DNA of 64,000 bases from an uncultured bacterium. GTDB lineage: Bacteria > Patescibacteriota > Minisyncoccia > UBA6257 > 2-01-FULL-56-20. This document shows positions 28,460 through 38,281 of the stretch, piece after piece. The DNA is taken from contig OY970126.1 of the NCBI GenBank assembly GCA_963705915.1, positions 10,035-74,034 on the forward strand, written 5' to 3'. Both the position numbers and the translations under genes were made by a program. The notes beneath the pieces were generated by a model. That model was not told the DNA's origin and did no database searches. It worked only from the letters and a program-made list of their open reading frames with translations. Every line of letters starts with the position of its first letter. Position 1 is the stretch's first letter.

Positions 28460-30547
28460 CTATTTCCAATACCACCGCTGCCCACTCAGGTAGTCTCGCT
28501 TCACTCGTTTACTGAAAAGCCATTCACTGCGTCCCATCTGGATAGCGATGAAGCGGATCATGTTACGGAAGATCGCTTCGGGGATCAATTTGGCGTTGCC
28601 AGAATTATATAAATCTTTAATTTCCTGAGTGAGAATCTTCAAGCCGCGATTTATAAATGCGGGGAGGTTGGCATTGTGATAAATGCTTCGATATGAAATA
28701 CCGATATCGAAATTACGCTGGAACAACTGTTTCAAAGTGTAAGAGTGTGAGTGCATTACTGTCGCGTCGTTTGCATAGACGATCTTATAGCCGAGTCGTA
28801 ACATTCTTGAAGCCCATTCATAATCTTCGCTCACAATGATCTCGTTCTTATAGGCATGCTCCAGGATCGCACTCTTGCGAACCGCGGAGTTTGCATCAGA
28901 AAAGATGTTATCGCCTTCAGTCCAATTGCCTCCCTCCCAGGTTATTGGTTGGTCGCCATATAAACTCAACTGGAAATGTCGTTCAATGGCTCCATGCTCA
29001 TCTTTTGGAATCTGACGTCCGTAAACACCAACCACTTTAGGATCGGTAAATTTCTGAACAAGATTAGCAAGCCAATCTTCACGCTCTGGCGCAGCGTCGT
29101 GTGAAAGATAAATCACAAACTCTCCCCGGGCGATACGCGCAGCATAATTGCGGGTTTTGCCGTGGCCGAAATCTTCAGGCTTGATTGTGATAATTTGGAA
29201 AGGATATTTTTCGAGAATTTCTCGAGTACCATCAGTTGAGGACGTATCAACACAAAGCACCTCGAAGCTATCGAATTTTTGCTTTGCTATTCCTTCGACG
29301 ACCGGTTTAACGAACCTGATTGAATTGGACGTTAGAAGTACTACGGTCCCCTTGAATAAGTTTTGTTCAGGAACAACTTCCTTCAACGGATACTTATAGA
29401 TGAGGTCGGGACCGTAAACCTGCATAAGTTCTGGGATGATATGGCTCCAGTCATATTTTTCAGCATAACGCACATAAGCCTCTGGACTTTTACGTTTGGC
29501 GAGCGCTGAGTTTATTGCGTTAGCAAAATCTTTTTCGTTAAACTCAGAGAGTTCTCCGTTGCCATTTTTCTGGATTAGCGCTTTTGCTGCATTCTGTGGG
29601 TGATCGATAGTAACCACTGGCAGACCGCAAGCATCGGCTTCGATGACCATAATGCCAAATCCTTCACGCGTTGAAGGAAGTGCAAAAACTTTGGACGCGT
29701 GCATCAAAGCATATAGATCATTATGGTCTTCAAAGAAATCCATAAATGCGACGTTGTTTTCTAGGTATAGGTCCGAAGCAAGCTTTTCTAAATTTTCCTT
29801 CTCGGGTCCTTCGCCGACAATGATGGCTCTTATTCCATCATTTTCTTTCTTGAGTATCTTGATTGCACGCAAAAGGAGATCGACATTTTTATGGGACAAT
29901 AATCGCCCCGCAAAAATTATGTCGGATGTGATTTTCGACGGAGCAATGCTCCGTATCGATTTCACGTCGAGACCGTTTGGTACGGTCACAATTTTGCGCT
30001 TCGTTTCTAATATACGTTGGAGGTCGTAGGTGGTGTGATCTGAGACAGAAATAATAACATTCGGAAGTTTTGCACTGATTTTCTCAATGCGGTAAGCAAT
30101 GGTACCAGCCGGCTTCCCTAGATATTTTTCCCAATACGCTTGTCCCCAGACCTCATGCCATGTCGCAATCATCTTTTTGCGACGAAGAAGGCAAACGAAT
30201 TTTGCTGTAAAAAGAGTTAGCTGAGGAATGTGGTCGACGTCGATTATGTCGAATTCTTCGCCCATGAGCTTTAAGCAATGTAACGAGAAGAGAATTGCTT
30301 GCTTAATGGAACGCCGCTTATCAACGTAAACTGGATAATAAGGACTTATCGCGTAGAATTTTACACCATCTTTTACGAAGGTTGTTTCGCCCTCCCACCA
30401 TCGCATGCAATAAATTGTCACATCGTGTCCCTGAGCGGCGAGGCGAGTGGAGATGTCATAAATACGCTTTTCTTTTCCTCCTTTATTAAAGGGATAGACA
30501 GCGTCGGAAACGATAGCTATTTTCTTTTTGGTTTGTGGGTCGGCCAT
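28460..30547 (-). CDS. Fused GT4 (N-terminal) and GT2 (C-terminal) glycosyltransferase
   Basis: N-terminal half is GT4 (EGFGIMVIEADACGLPVV). C-terminal half is GT2 (VDTSSTDGT, DxD-type YLSHDA). Confidence 0.8.
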   Translation of the reverse strand: MADPQTKKKIAIVSDAVYPFNKGGKEKRIYDISTRLAAQGHDVTIYCMRWWEGETTFVKDGVKFYAISPYYPVYVDKRRSIKQAILFSLHCLKLMGEEFDIIDVDHIPQLTLFTAKFVCLLRRKKMIATWHEVWGQAYWEKYLGKPAGTIAYRIEKISAKLPNVIISVSDHTTYDLQRILETKRKIVTVPNGLDVKSIRSIAPSKITSDIIFAGRLLSHKNVDLLLRAIKILKKENDGIRAIIVGEGPEKENLEKLASDLYLENNVAFMDFFEDHNDLYALMHASKVFALPSTREGFGIMVIEADACGLPVVTIDHPQNAAKALIQKNGNGELSEFNEKDFANAINSALAKRKSPEAYVRYAEKYDWSHIIPELMQVYGPDLIYKYPLKEVVPEQNLFKGTVVLLTSNSIRFVKPVVEGIAKQKFDSFEVLCVDTSSTDGTREILEKYPFQIITIKPEDFGHGKTRNYAARIARGEFVIYLSHDAAPEREDWLANLVQKFTDPKVVGVYGRQIPKDEHGAIERHFQLSLYGDQPITWEGGNWTEGDNIFSDANSAVRKSAILEHAYKNEIIVSEDYEWASRMLRLGYKIVYANDATVMHSHSYTLKQLFQRNFDIGISYRSIYHNANLPAFINRGLKILTQEIKDLYNSGNAKLIPEAIFRNMIRFIAIQMGRSEWLFSKRVKRDYLSGQRWYWK

Positions 30548-30566
30548 GGGTTAGTCGCTTATCTCG

Positions 30567-31346
30567 TTATAACACCACCTTTCTTGTCCGCTTCAGTTTC
30601 TCTTCTTGGGCTTTCTGTTTTTCCTTTTCGTTTTCCGGCCGCCATTTTAAATTGCGGAGGAACATGGCAAGAATGCGCGTGCCGTCATAGATTGGCCGGA
30701 GATTTGTTTGGCCGGAGCGAGGATGGTAGCTAATCGGCACGCAGGTAATTTCTTCACCGAGGCGCGCCATCTTTGTGACCATTTCCATTTCGATCGCAAA
30801 ACCCTCCGAGGTGATATGAGGTCGGAGCCTTTCGAGAGCGTCGCGTTTCCATGCAAAATAACCGGTCAGAACGTCCGTCATGTTGACGCGATAGAAATGG
30901 CGCACAAGATGGGAATACATCCAGTTGCCAAAGCGGTTAAACGCACTCATAGAGCCATCGAAAATTTTTCCACCGAGGCGCGAACCGATGACGACGCTCG
31001 CAAAGCCGGAGTCGAGCGGCTCGATGAGGCGCAAAATCTCATCTGGGCGATACGTGTTATCGCCGTCGAGCATCACCACGTAGTCGGTATCCTCATCAAT
31101 AGACCAAAAACCGCGGCGCATGGCGTTACCTTTGCCTTTGTTCGGTTCGTGGATGACTTTCGCGCCGGCAGCTTTGGCGATTTCGGCGGTTCGATCCTTT
31201 GAGTTATTGTCGATCACAACGACCTCGAGCTTGTAGCCGTGTTTACGGATCTTCTCCAACGGAAAATTATCGATGACGTTGCCAATTCCGCCTGCTTCGT
31301 TATAGCAGGGGATGAGGACTGTTATTTTTTTAGGTGAATTTTTCAT
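30567..31346 (-). CDS. GT2 polyprenol-phosphate glycosyltransferase (DPM1/GtrB-like)
   Basis: LIPCYNEAGGI, VVVIDNNSKDRT and MLDGDNTY (DxD) motifs. Soluble, 259 aa. Confidence 0.8.
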   Translation of the reverse strand: MKNSPKKITVLIPCYNEAGGIGNVIDNFPLEKIRKHGYKLEVVVIDNNSKDRTAEIAKAAGAKVIHEPNKGKGNAMRRGFWSIDEDTDYVVMLDGDNTYRPDEILRLIEPLDSGFASVVIGSRLGGKIFDGSMSAFNRFGNWMYSHLVRHFYRVNMTDVLTGYFAWKRDALERLRPHITSEGFAIEMEMVTKMARLGEEITCVPISYHPRSGQTNLRPIYDGTRILAMFLRNLKWRPENEKEKQKAQEEKLKRTRKVVL

Positions 31347-31358
31347 GAGGGCGCGAGG

Positions 31359-31817
31359 TTAAGGATTGGTATCCGGAAGGATAAAGTCGATCGTCTGATT
31401 CAAATTGGAGAGATCCACGACAACTTGTCCCTCAAGGTTTGACGTGGCGAATGTGTGATAGATCGTGATTGATGAACTTGCGTCGCTCGCAAGGGTGATG
31501 CTGGTTGACGCGAAGACATCTTTTGCGCCATTCGGATAGGCAAAATAGACATTGTAGGGGTAGGTGGTCGTGACCCCTTCAACGTTGTGGATGGTGAATG
31601 AAAAAGCGACTGGCTGTCCTGCGACGGTGTTTTTGGGAAGCGCGGCGTAGTCGTTGAAATAGAGCTCGGTAAAGGCCTCGTTCTGGGGCACTAATTTGAG
31701 GTTATTCATCTCTGCATACACTTTGCCTCGTTCTGCGTATATAAAGATGGCGATGGCCAAAAGGACGACCAATGTCGCCACAAGAAAGATACGGCCGCGA
31801 TTGTTCCGAGTGTCCAT
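31359..31817 (-). CDS. Membrane-anchored hypothetical protein; first gene of the minus-strand glycan operon
   Basis: Single N-terminal TM helix. No motif recognised. Confidence 0.45.
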   Translation of the reverse strand: MDTRNNRGRIFLVATLVVLLAIAIFIYAERGKVYAEMNNLKLVPQNEAFTELYFNDYAALPKNTVAGQPVAFSFTIHNVEGVTTTYPYNVYFAYPNGAKDVFASTSITLASDASSSITIYHTFATSNLEGQVVVDLSNLNQTIDFILPDTNP

Positions 31818-31934
31818 AGGGTAAATACTTGATTATTTCTAGCTTTTGTGTTTATATAAGCCCTGCGAGCGAAAGCACTCGTATTTCTAACATTCTTTTC
31901 AAGATTTGTCTAGTCCCAGGATGCACACTGCTTC

Positions 31935-33476
31935 ATGAATCCAGAACGTAAAAAAGAGCTTAAAATTTTCCTTGTCGCCCTCGCTGCTATCGTGGTGAGT
32001 TTTGCTGGCGGAGTTTTGTATTTGCGCGGGAACTCACTTGAGGGTAACGCCGGTCTCCTTGCCGACGTTTCGGGTGTTGTGTCGGCAGAAACATCATCCA
32101 CATCGCCTTCGCAGTCAATTCCGACGAGTTCCGCGTCGGTGATCCCGCTCGTGGCACCGGCCGCGACGAGCACGTCAAGCGGCGCGTCCGCTCAGTCGTC
32201 TTCCTCGTCCACGCAGCCTGCGCCTATTACGCCGAAGAAGTTGCCGTACGTAACGAAAACATTCGCTGCTGCGGATTGGCTCAATGATTGGGGCGATGTC
32301 TCATTCACCGGTGGCACGTTGAACTACGGTGCTTCTTCCGAAACTGCTGGCGGCGCAGAATATCTTTTGGGTTCAACGGCGTGGACGAATTACAATCTCC
32401 AGGCGAACGTCGATTGGGTGAATGGTGAAGCATTCGATATCGTTGCACGTGAATCGAACGACCAGAACTTTATCTACTGTGAATTTGGTGCCAACTTTAC
32501 AAACATCATTGAACGCGTCGCGGGCACTGACACCGAAATTGCTTCATCAAATAGTACGACTCAGGGGCCTGGTTCCGTTTCAGTGCTTGGCGTCCGCGTA
32601 TATGGCAACGACGTTGCTTGCACCGTTGGGGGCAGTGATGTGCTCACGGCAGCCGTAAAGACTGGTGAATTGTCAACGGGCGGCATTGGATTTATCTCTT
32701 GGGATCAAACAGACAATGTGAGCCAAATAAAGATTTTGGGTGTGAACGTCCAGCCACTTTCGACTGATAACATCGTTATCCCTCCGCCGGCGCCACCTGC
32801 GCCTCCGGCTCCCACGTCAACGGCCCAAACCTCAACGCCGCCAGCGCCGCCTCAGGCACCTCCCATCAGCCTCCCGTATTCCATCGGCACGTTTGGCAAT
32901 GGTTTTGCAAGCGACACCGCCTGGACCGATTGGCAGGGAACCGTCCTTCGCCCTGGTTCGGTGCTCACGATCGCATCGCCGGCTTCTGGTACGACCGGCG
33001 GCGCATTACTCGCGGGCAGTGACGCGTGGACTGATTTTACATTCTCCACAAACATCGATTGGAATTCCGGCGAGGCATTCGGCCTCATTGGCCATTACGT
33101 CGACGACAACGACTACGTGGTCTGCGGGTTTGACCAGGATATTCCGGGTAATATTCACATGACGATCCATGAGCTTGTGAATGGTAGCGATATCGACTTG
33201 GCAGATGGCGATATCCCGAACTATAACGAGGTTGGCGGCGCTGGCATAAACGTCGGTATGTCCGTTCAAGGTAATCAAGCAACGTGTGGATTTAATGGCT
33301 ATGTGATTTCCACGCTCGTTGCGAGCACTAAATTAACTGGACCGTTGCACGGTGAGATCGGTTTCGATACCTACGATCCAGCAAACGGCAACAGCGAGAT
33401 CACCGTCCATACCGTTGGCGTTGTCTCGCAGGCATACAACTTGGGCACGGATAACGTCCAGGATCCGGCGCAATAA
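31935..33476 (+). CDS. Secreted protein with two internally duplicated beta-sandwich-like domains joined by a PPAPPAPPAP linker
   Basis: Signal anchor. Repeated WTNYNLQANVDWVNGEAF / WTDFTFSTNIDWNSGEAF modules. Confidence 0.55.
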   Translation: MNPERKKELKIFLVALAAIVVSFAGGVLYLRGNSLEGNAGLLADVSGVVSAETSSTSPSQSIPTSSASVIPLVAPAATSTSSGASAQSSSSSTQPAPITPKKLPYVTKTFAAADWLNDWGDVSFTGGTLNYGASSETAGGAEYLLGSTAWTNYNLQANVDWVNGEAFDIVARESNDQNFIYCEFGANFTNIIERVAGTDTEIASSNSTTQGPGSVSVLGVRVYGNDVACTVGGSDVLTAAVKTGELSTGGIGFISWDQTDNVSQIKILGVNVQPLSTDNIVIPPPAPPAPPAPTSTAQTSTPPAPPQAPPISLPYSIGTFGNGFASDTAWTDWQGTVLRPGSVLTIASPASGTTGGALLAGSDAWTDFTFSTNIDWNSGEAFGLIGHYVDDNDYVVCGFDQDIPGNIHMTIHELVNGSDIDLADGDIPNYNEVGGAGINVGMSVQGNQATCGFNGYVISTLVASTKLTGPLHGEIGFDTYDPANGNSEITVHTVGVVSQAYNLGTDNVQDPAQ

Positions 33477-33517
33477 CCCTTGCGTTCTTTTGTGTCTTGT
33501 GGTATTCTGCGCACACT

Positions 33518-35152
33518 ATGGAAAGTATGAAAAAATCGCTTATCGCAACTGGTGTGGCCTTTAGCGCCGTTTTGGCGTTTAGCCTGTTTGGCCTCGGGAA
33601 CGGCGGAACGCTTGTCGCCCATGCCGATGGCGCCAATTTGATAGTGAATCCCAGCTTTGAACAGCAGAACGCAAACGGAACGCCGGTTGGTTGGGAGCAA
33701 GGTTCCTGGGGCGATGCCTCAAGTGCCGTCTTCACGTATCCAGTTGCGGGCGAGGATGATAACTTTGCCGCGCAGGTTTCGATCGGCACCTATAATGGCG
33801 TCGGTGAAGGCAACGGCGCGGCGGAATGGTATTTCGACAACGTGCCCGTGACGCCGAATACACTCTATGATTTTCATGATTGGTATCAGTCGAATGCAAA
33901 CAGTTATTTGATTGCGCAATGGACGCTCACCGACGGTTCGTTCGCGTATGATTCGATCACGACGCTTCCGCCGACGGCGAGCGGCACGTGGACCGAAACG
34001 CCGGATGAACTTTTCACGGCACCGGTGAACGCGGTTTCAGTCACGGTTTTGCATTTGCTCCAGAGCGCCGGTTCGCTCACAATCGACAATGCGTTTCTCG
34101 GCACGGCAACGCCGTCCGGCCAGAATACATTCCCGCAGGGGATGGTCACGCTCACGTTTGATGACGGCTACACCTCGCAATACAACAATGCGTTCCCGAT
34201 TTTGACGAAGGCCAATGTGCCGGGCACGTTCTATATCATTACGAGCCTCATCGACACCGCGCCGCCGGACAATCTTTTTGACGACTCAGGCGTTTCGACG
34301 AGCACAGTCACAACCACATCGACCGCCGAATGGGATGGCCTTTATACCGACCCCACATACCAGAACTACGTTTTGTCCGGCATGACGATGGCGACTGCGC
34401 CGGCCACGGTCCAGCTCCACTATCTTTTGAACGGCACGCAAACCACGCAGACGCTCGGCATGGTGCCGGCATCGGCGCCAAAAATGCAGAGCATCAATTT
34501 TATGTTGCCGACGAATAGCGACGGCACAACGGTGAGTCCGATCGACATCACGATGACGCTCACGAAGAAAGGAACGCTTGTGGTGAGCCAGCCGTCGCTT
34601 GTTGAATATCAAACCTATATGAACGTGAGTGATTTGCTCGCGATGCAGGCAGGCGGCGAAGAAATGGATTCGCACACGGAAACGCATCCTGACCTCACGG
34701 CTTTGACGGTTGCCGAAGACACGCAGGAAATCGCCGGTTCACGCACCGCGCTCATCAACTGGGGTCTCGCACCGGTTGACACGCTCGCGTATCCCTTCGG
34801 CGATTACAATACGACGATAGAAGGCATCGTTGCGGGCGCTGGCTATGCCGCTGCCCGTACCGTGGACGTTGGTTACAACGATACGGCGGCGAACGCCTAT
34901 GCTTTGAAGAGCTACAGCGTTGTGGAGTCAACCACGCTCCCGCAGGTTGAAACATGGATCAATACGGCGGCACAGAACCATTGGTGGCTCATCCTCACGT
35001 TCCACGATATCGATCCGGCAAATATTCTCCAGAAGAACGGCGAGATTTACGGCACGACGCCGACGATGCTCCAGCAAATCATTTCGTACTTGAAGCAGAA
35101 CAATATAGAGACGCCAAGCATGGATCAGGCGCTCTCGGTGTGGGGGAAGTAG
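33518..35152 (+). CDS. Secreted polysaccharide deacetylase (CE4) with an N-terminal carbohydrate-binding-like domain
   Basis: Signal peptide. NodB motifs LTFDDGY and HTETHPDL. Start taken at MESMKK (the track ORF begins at 33497). Confidence 0.75.
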   Translation: MESMKKSLIATGVAFSAVLAFSLFGLGNGGTLVAHADGANLIVNPSFEQQNANGTPVGWEQGSWGDASSAVFTYPVAGEDDNFAAQVSIGTYNGVGEGNGAAEWYFDNVPVTPNTLYDFHDWYQSNANSYLIAQWTLTDGSFAYDSITTLPPTASGTWTETPDELFTAPVNAVSVTVLHLLQSAGSLTIDNAFLGTATPSGQNTFPQGMVTLTFDDGYTSQYNNAFPILTKANVPGTFYIITSLIDTAPPDNLFDDSGVSTSTVTTTSTAEWDGLYTDPTYQNYVLSGMTMATAPATVQLHYLLNGTQTTQTLGMVPASAPKMQSINFMLPTNSDGTTVSPIDITMTLTKKGTLVVSQPSLVEYQTYMNVSDLLAMQAGGEEMDSHTETHPDLTALTVAEDTQEIAGSRTALINWGLAPVDTLAYPFGDYNTTIEGIVAGAGYAAARTVDVGYNDTAANAYALKSYSVVESTTLPQVETWINTAAQNHWWLILTFHDIDPANILQKNGEIYGTTPTMLQQIISYLKQNNIETPSMDQALSVWGK

Positions 35153-35156
35153 TTAG

Positions 35157-36323
35157 TTATTGCGCCGTTGACGTGGCCACCGCTGCCTGGAACGCGGCGA
35201 GTGCTGCCGGGTCGGAATTCACGAGCCAATCCTGCTCTTTATTTTGATTGAACCAAATCCAGCCGGCGATGGGATATTCTTGCATACTCGTTGTGAGCGC
35301 GTCGGTTATCCATGCGGCTTTTTGCGGACCCTCGGCTGAAGCCATCGAGAATATATAGATGGGCTTGTCATAGATTTGGAGCTGGCCTATCGCTGGTGCA
35401 AAAACGTCGGCGAACGATTGCCAGGGATCGCCAAAGTTGAACCCGTCCACGCCGACGTAGTCCACGTACGCGCTGCCCGGATAGTAGACCGCGATGCTGT
35501 TTGAGGCGGTGTCCGGTTCTGAAACGTTGTTTACGTCCCATGCAAATTTTACGTTCGCCGTTGGAGATGAGCCCGCAACGCCCGCTGCCTCAAAAATATT
35601 GTAGACATGCTGCCATGCGGCAATGAACGAACTCGGGCTGTTGCCGTTCACGGTGCCATCCCACGGATCCCAGTTGCCGTTCATCTCTTCGAATGGCACG
35701 AGAATAATCGGGCCGTTGTAGGCCTTCGCCGCTGCGGCGAACGATTGGAGATAATGATCCCACGTGCCGCCCGAGATGCTCGCATAGTTGTAGTTCGGTT
35801 CCGTAAGGTTGCCCGATCCGTCGCTCGGCTCCCAGAAGATGACGAGCGTTTTATGCTCGCCCGCAACGGCCTGCTCGAAGTTCGATGGGAATGCGCCGTT
35901 GTTGCCCCAGCCGACGAACACAGCCACCATATCCATCTGTTGGCCGACGAGCGCTTCAAAGTTTGCATCGTCGCTCGGCGTGTCGCCGGCGAATGCGCCC
36001 CAAGAAACGGTATAGGGTGCGACCGTTGCCGGGGGGATGTTGGTTGACGTTGCGAACGGGGTGGTCGTTGTTGAAATGTCGTTTACGCCGAGCGGGCTTC
36101 CGGACACGGACGCTGTGCCCGTGGATGATGCTTCGGCGGACACTGAAGATGACGCCGAAGACGATGCGATGAGTTGTGCGATGTCGGGCGGAAGCGAGCT
36201 TGAACTTGTCGAGGCACTTGCACCAGAAAAGACACCCGGTGGCGCAGAAATGAGCGTAAAAATAATGAGACCTCCCACGAGGACGATGGCAACGATGCAA
36301 ACAAAAAGCAAGAACTTTTTCAT
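35157..36323 (-). CDS. Secreted glycoside hydrolase, GH26 (beta-mannanase)-like
   Basis: TM/signal anchor, Ser-rich linker, FWEPSDG and VPFEEMNGNWDPW motifs resembling the GH26 acid/base region. Confidence 0.5.
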   Translation of the reverse strand: MKKFLLFVCIVAIVLVGGLIIFTLISAPPGVFSGASASTSSSSLPPDIAQLIASSSASSSVSAEASSTGTASVSGSPLGVNDISTTTTPFATSTNIPPATVAPYTVSWGAFAGDTPSDDANFEALVGQQMDMVAVFVGWGNNGAFPSNFEQAVAGEHKTLVIFWEPSDGSGNLTEPNYNYASISGGTWDHYLQSFAAAAKAYNGPIILVPFEEMNGNWDPWDGTVNGNSPSSFIAAWQHVYNIFEAAGVAGSSPTANVKFAWDVNNVSEPDTASNSIAVYYPGSAYVDYVGVDGFNFGDPWQSFADVFAPAIGQLQIYDKPIYIFSMASAEGPQKAAWITDALTTSMQEYPIAGWIWFNQNKEQDWLVNSDPAALAAFQAAVATSTAQ

Positions 36324-36362
36324 ATCTTTTTAATAATACTTAATAATACCGCAACTGGCCTG

Positions 36363-36761
36363 TTATTCGCAGGGATGAACGCGGGTCATCTCGACGATCT
36401 TTGAGGCAGCCGTTGAGGCGTAGGCTACGTTCGTAGTCCCTTGGAATGCTTCGTGCAGCAATTGCCAGCCGACGATGCTGATCATGATGATGAGGGTCGT
36501 CATGATGGAAAAAGCGAGATAGCGGCGGGCCGGGCTCGTGAATATGGGAGGCGGCAACGGGATGGAAATCGGCGCGAGCGTGGGATATTTTTTGAGTTGT
36601 TTGATGATCTGCATGTATCCGGCGACCGGACCGTATTGCGGCCGGCGCAAGACGACCCACTGGATGCGAACCCAAAGTTTTTTGAACTGGTCGCGGATCC
36701 AGCTATAGACGATGATGCCGACGTGGAGGATGAGGGACAAGCCCCCGGGAAGGATGTTCAT
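36363..36761 (-). CDS. Small membrane protein, DUF2304-like, commonly found downstream of GT2 genes
   Basis: 132 aa with 3 TM helices. Position immediately 3' of a GT2 gene. Confidence 0.45.
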   Translation of the reverse strand: MNILPGGLSLILHVGIIVYSWIRDQFKKLWVRIQWVVLRRPQYGPVAGYMQIIKQLKKYPTLAPISIPLPPPIFTSPARRYLAFSIMTTLIIMISIVGWQLLHEAFQGTTNVAYASTAASKIVEMTRVHPCE

Positions 36762-36764
36762 GGA

Positions 36765-37793
36765 TTACATATGGATACGCTGGGGTTGGTGCCAGGACAT
36801 ATCGCGTTCTTTAAAGAATATCTCGCGCACGAACCGTTCGATAAAAACCCAAAGGTTTACGAACATGAGAAAGAGATACGCCGGAGAATAAAAGAAAATG
36901 TCGGGACGTTTGCTTTCAATGGAGGCATAGAGGCCTGAGAGCAGGGTGAATCCCAGTGAGAATACAAGGGTATAGATGAAGTAACGGATATTGATGAATG
37001 GCGTGACAAGAAGGATGACCGAAAAAATAATGCCTTCGGTATACATGAGCGTGAGTTCGAGTGCCGCAAGCGGTGATTCGATCACCCAGAAGTGTTTCAC
37101 GAGATTCTGCCATCCGCCGGCATACCAGCGGCGCACCTGGGCGATATAGGAACCCAATGTTGGCGGATCTTGCGTGTAGACCATCGCTTTTTTATCGTAG
37201 GCAATCTTCAAATTATTTTTATGGAATTTGAAGGTGAAGTCGAGATCTTCGGCGACGGTGTCGTGGTCGAACGTGATATATTTTCTGAAAAGCTCGGTGC
37301 GGAATGCGCCCGAGCATCCTGGAATGACGAACAAAAAGTTGAGATACGATTGCGCACGCTTATGAATTTCCTGGCTCACGCTGTATTCCATCTGGCGCAA
37401 CGCGGTGAGCCAGTTGTAGCGGATGCTTCGGATGCCGCCGCAGACGGCGGCAACCTGCGGGTCGGCAAAGTCGCGCTCGATGTATTCAACGTAGCGCGGG
37501 TCGAGAATGGTGTCGCCGTCGGTGGCGATGAAGATGTCGGTGCGGATAAAGGGGATTGCGCTCTCTTGTACGAAACTTTTATTACCCAAATTCTTTTCGA
37601 GGGCGAGCACTTCCACCTCGAGGCCAAAGCTCCGGGCGATCGCAACGGTGTCGTCGGTCGAGGCATCGTCCACGACGAGGATTTGATCGAGCTTTCTCGT
37701 CTGGGCAAGGCACGATTCGAGGCATGACCGAATGCCCGCGGATTCGTTATGAGCAGGGATGAGGATGCCGATGGTGAGGCGTTTTTCCGGCAT
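36765..37793 (-). CDS. GT2 glycosyltransferase with a C-terminal TM region
   Basis: ILIPAHNE, VVDDASTDDT and ATDGDT (DxD) motifs. C-terminal TM helices. Confidence 0.8.
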   Translation of the reverse strand: MPEKRLTIGILIPAHNESAGIRSCLESCLAQTRKLDQILVVDDASTDDTVAIARSFGLEVEVLALEKNLGNKSFVQESAIPFIRTDIFIATDGDTILDPRYVEYIERDFADPQVAAVCGGIRSIRYNWLTALRQMEYSVSQEIHKRAQSYLNFLFVIPGCSGAFRTELFRKYITFDHDTVAEDLDFTFKFHKNNLKIAYDKKAMVYTQDPPTLGSYIAQVRRWYAGGWQNLVKHFWVIESPLAALELTLMYTEGIIFSVILLVTPFINIRYFIYTLVFSLGFTLLSGLYASIESKRPDIFFYSPAYLFLMFVNLWVFIERFVREIFFKERDMSWHQPQRIHM

Positions 37794-37849
37794 GGTTGAG
37801 TGACAGAGTTATACCAGAAAATTATTGAAAAAGCAAGTGTTTTTGCATA

Positions 37850-37880
37850 AAAAAACGCCACTCAATAATGAGTGGCGGTT
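37850..37880 (-). terminator. Terminator hairpin GCCACTCA..TGAGTGGC preceded by A7 (on the plus strand)
   Basis: Overlaps the stop codon of the 37862..38281 gene. Confidence 0.5.
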
Positions 37881-38281
37881 GTGCGGGGGTCTTCCACGCG
37901 GATAGGGCCTTCGGCACATCCAGGGACGATGTGGATTTCCGGGTTCGCGTCGATAATTTCCCGGAATCGGCGGTCGGCAATTGTTTTGCTGGAGAATATC
38001 TCCCACCTGAGGTTGAACATGTTGGGCGTAGCGAGGGCGGCGTCCGGATCAAAGAAGGGAGCGCTATTCCTTGCGTAGGGTTTGAAAACGAGTTCGGCGT
38101 CTTGCAGGTTGGCAGCCTGGATGCGGATAATCCATGTGCCGGTGTGATGCTCATCGAACAAACAAATGTAATACCGTTCAGCGTGCATATCCATGCCCGT
38201 ACTCCTTTGTATATAATATTGAGAATCTGCTCGCATTATAGTCTTTCGTTGATGCGAATTCAAGAGAGCCTCACGCATCAT
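37862..38281 (-). CDS. Hypothetical soluble protein downstream of the processive GT2 synthase
   Basis: 139 aa. Start overlaps the synthase stop by 11 nt. Confidence 0.4.
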   Translation of the reverse strand: MMREALLNSHQRKTIMRADSQYYIQRSTGMDMHAERYYICLFDEHHTGTWIIRIQAANLQDAELVFKPYARNSAPFFDPDAALATPNMFNLRWEIFSSKTIADRRFREIIDANPEIHIVPGCAEGPIRVEDPRTTATHY

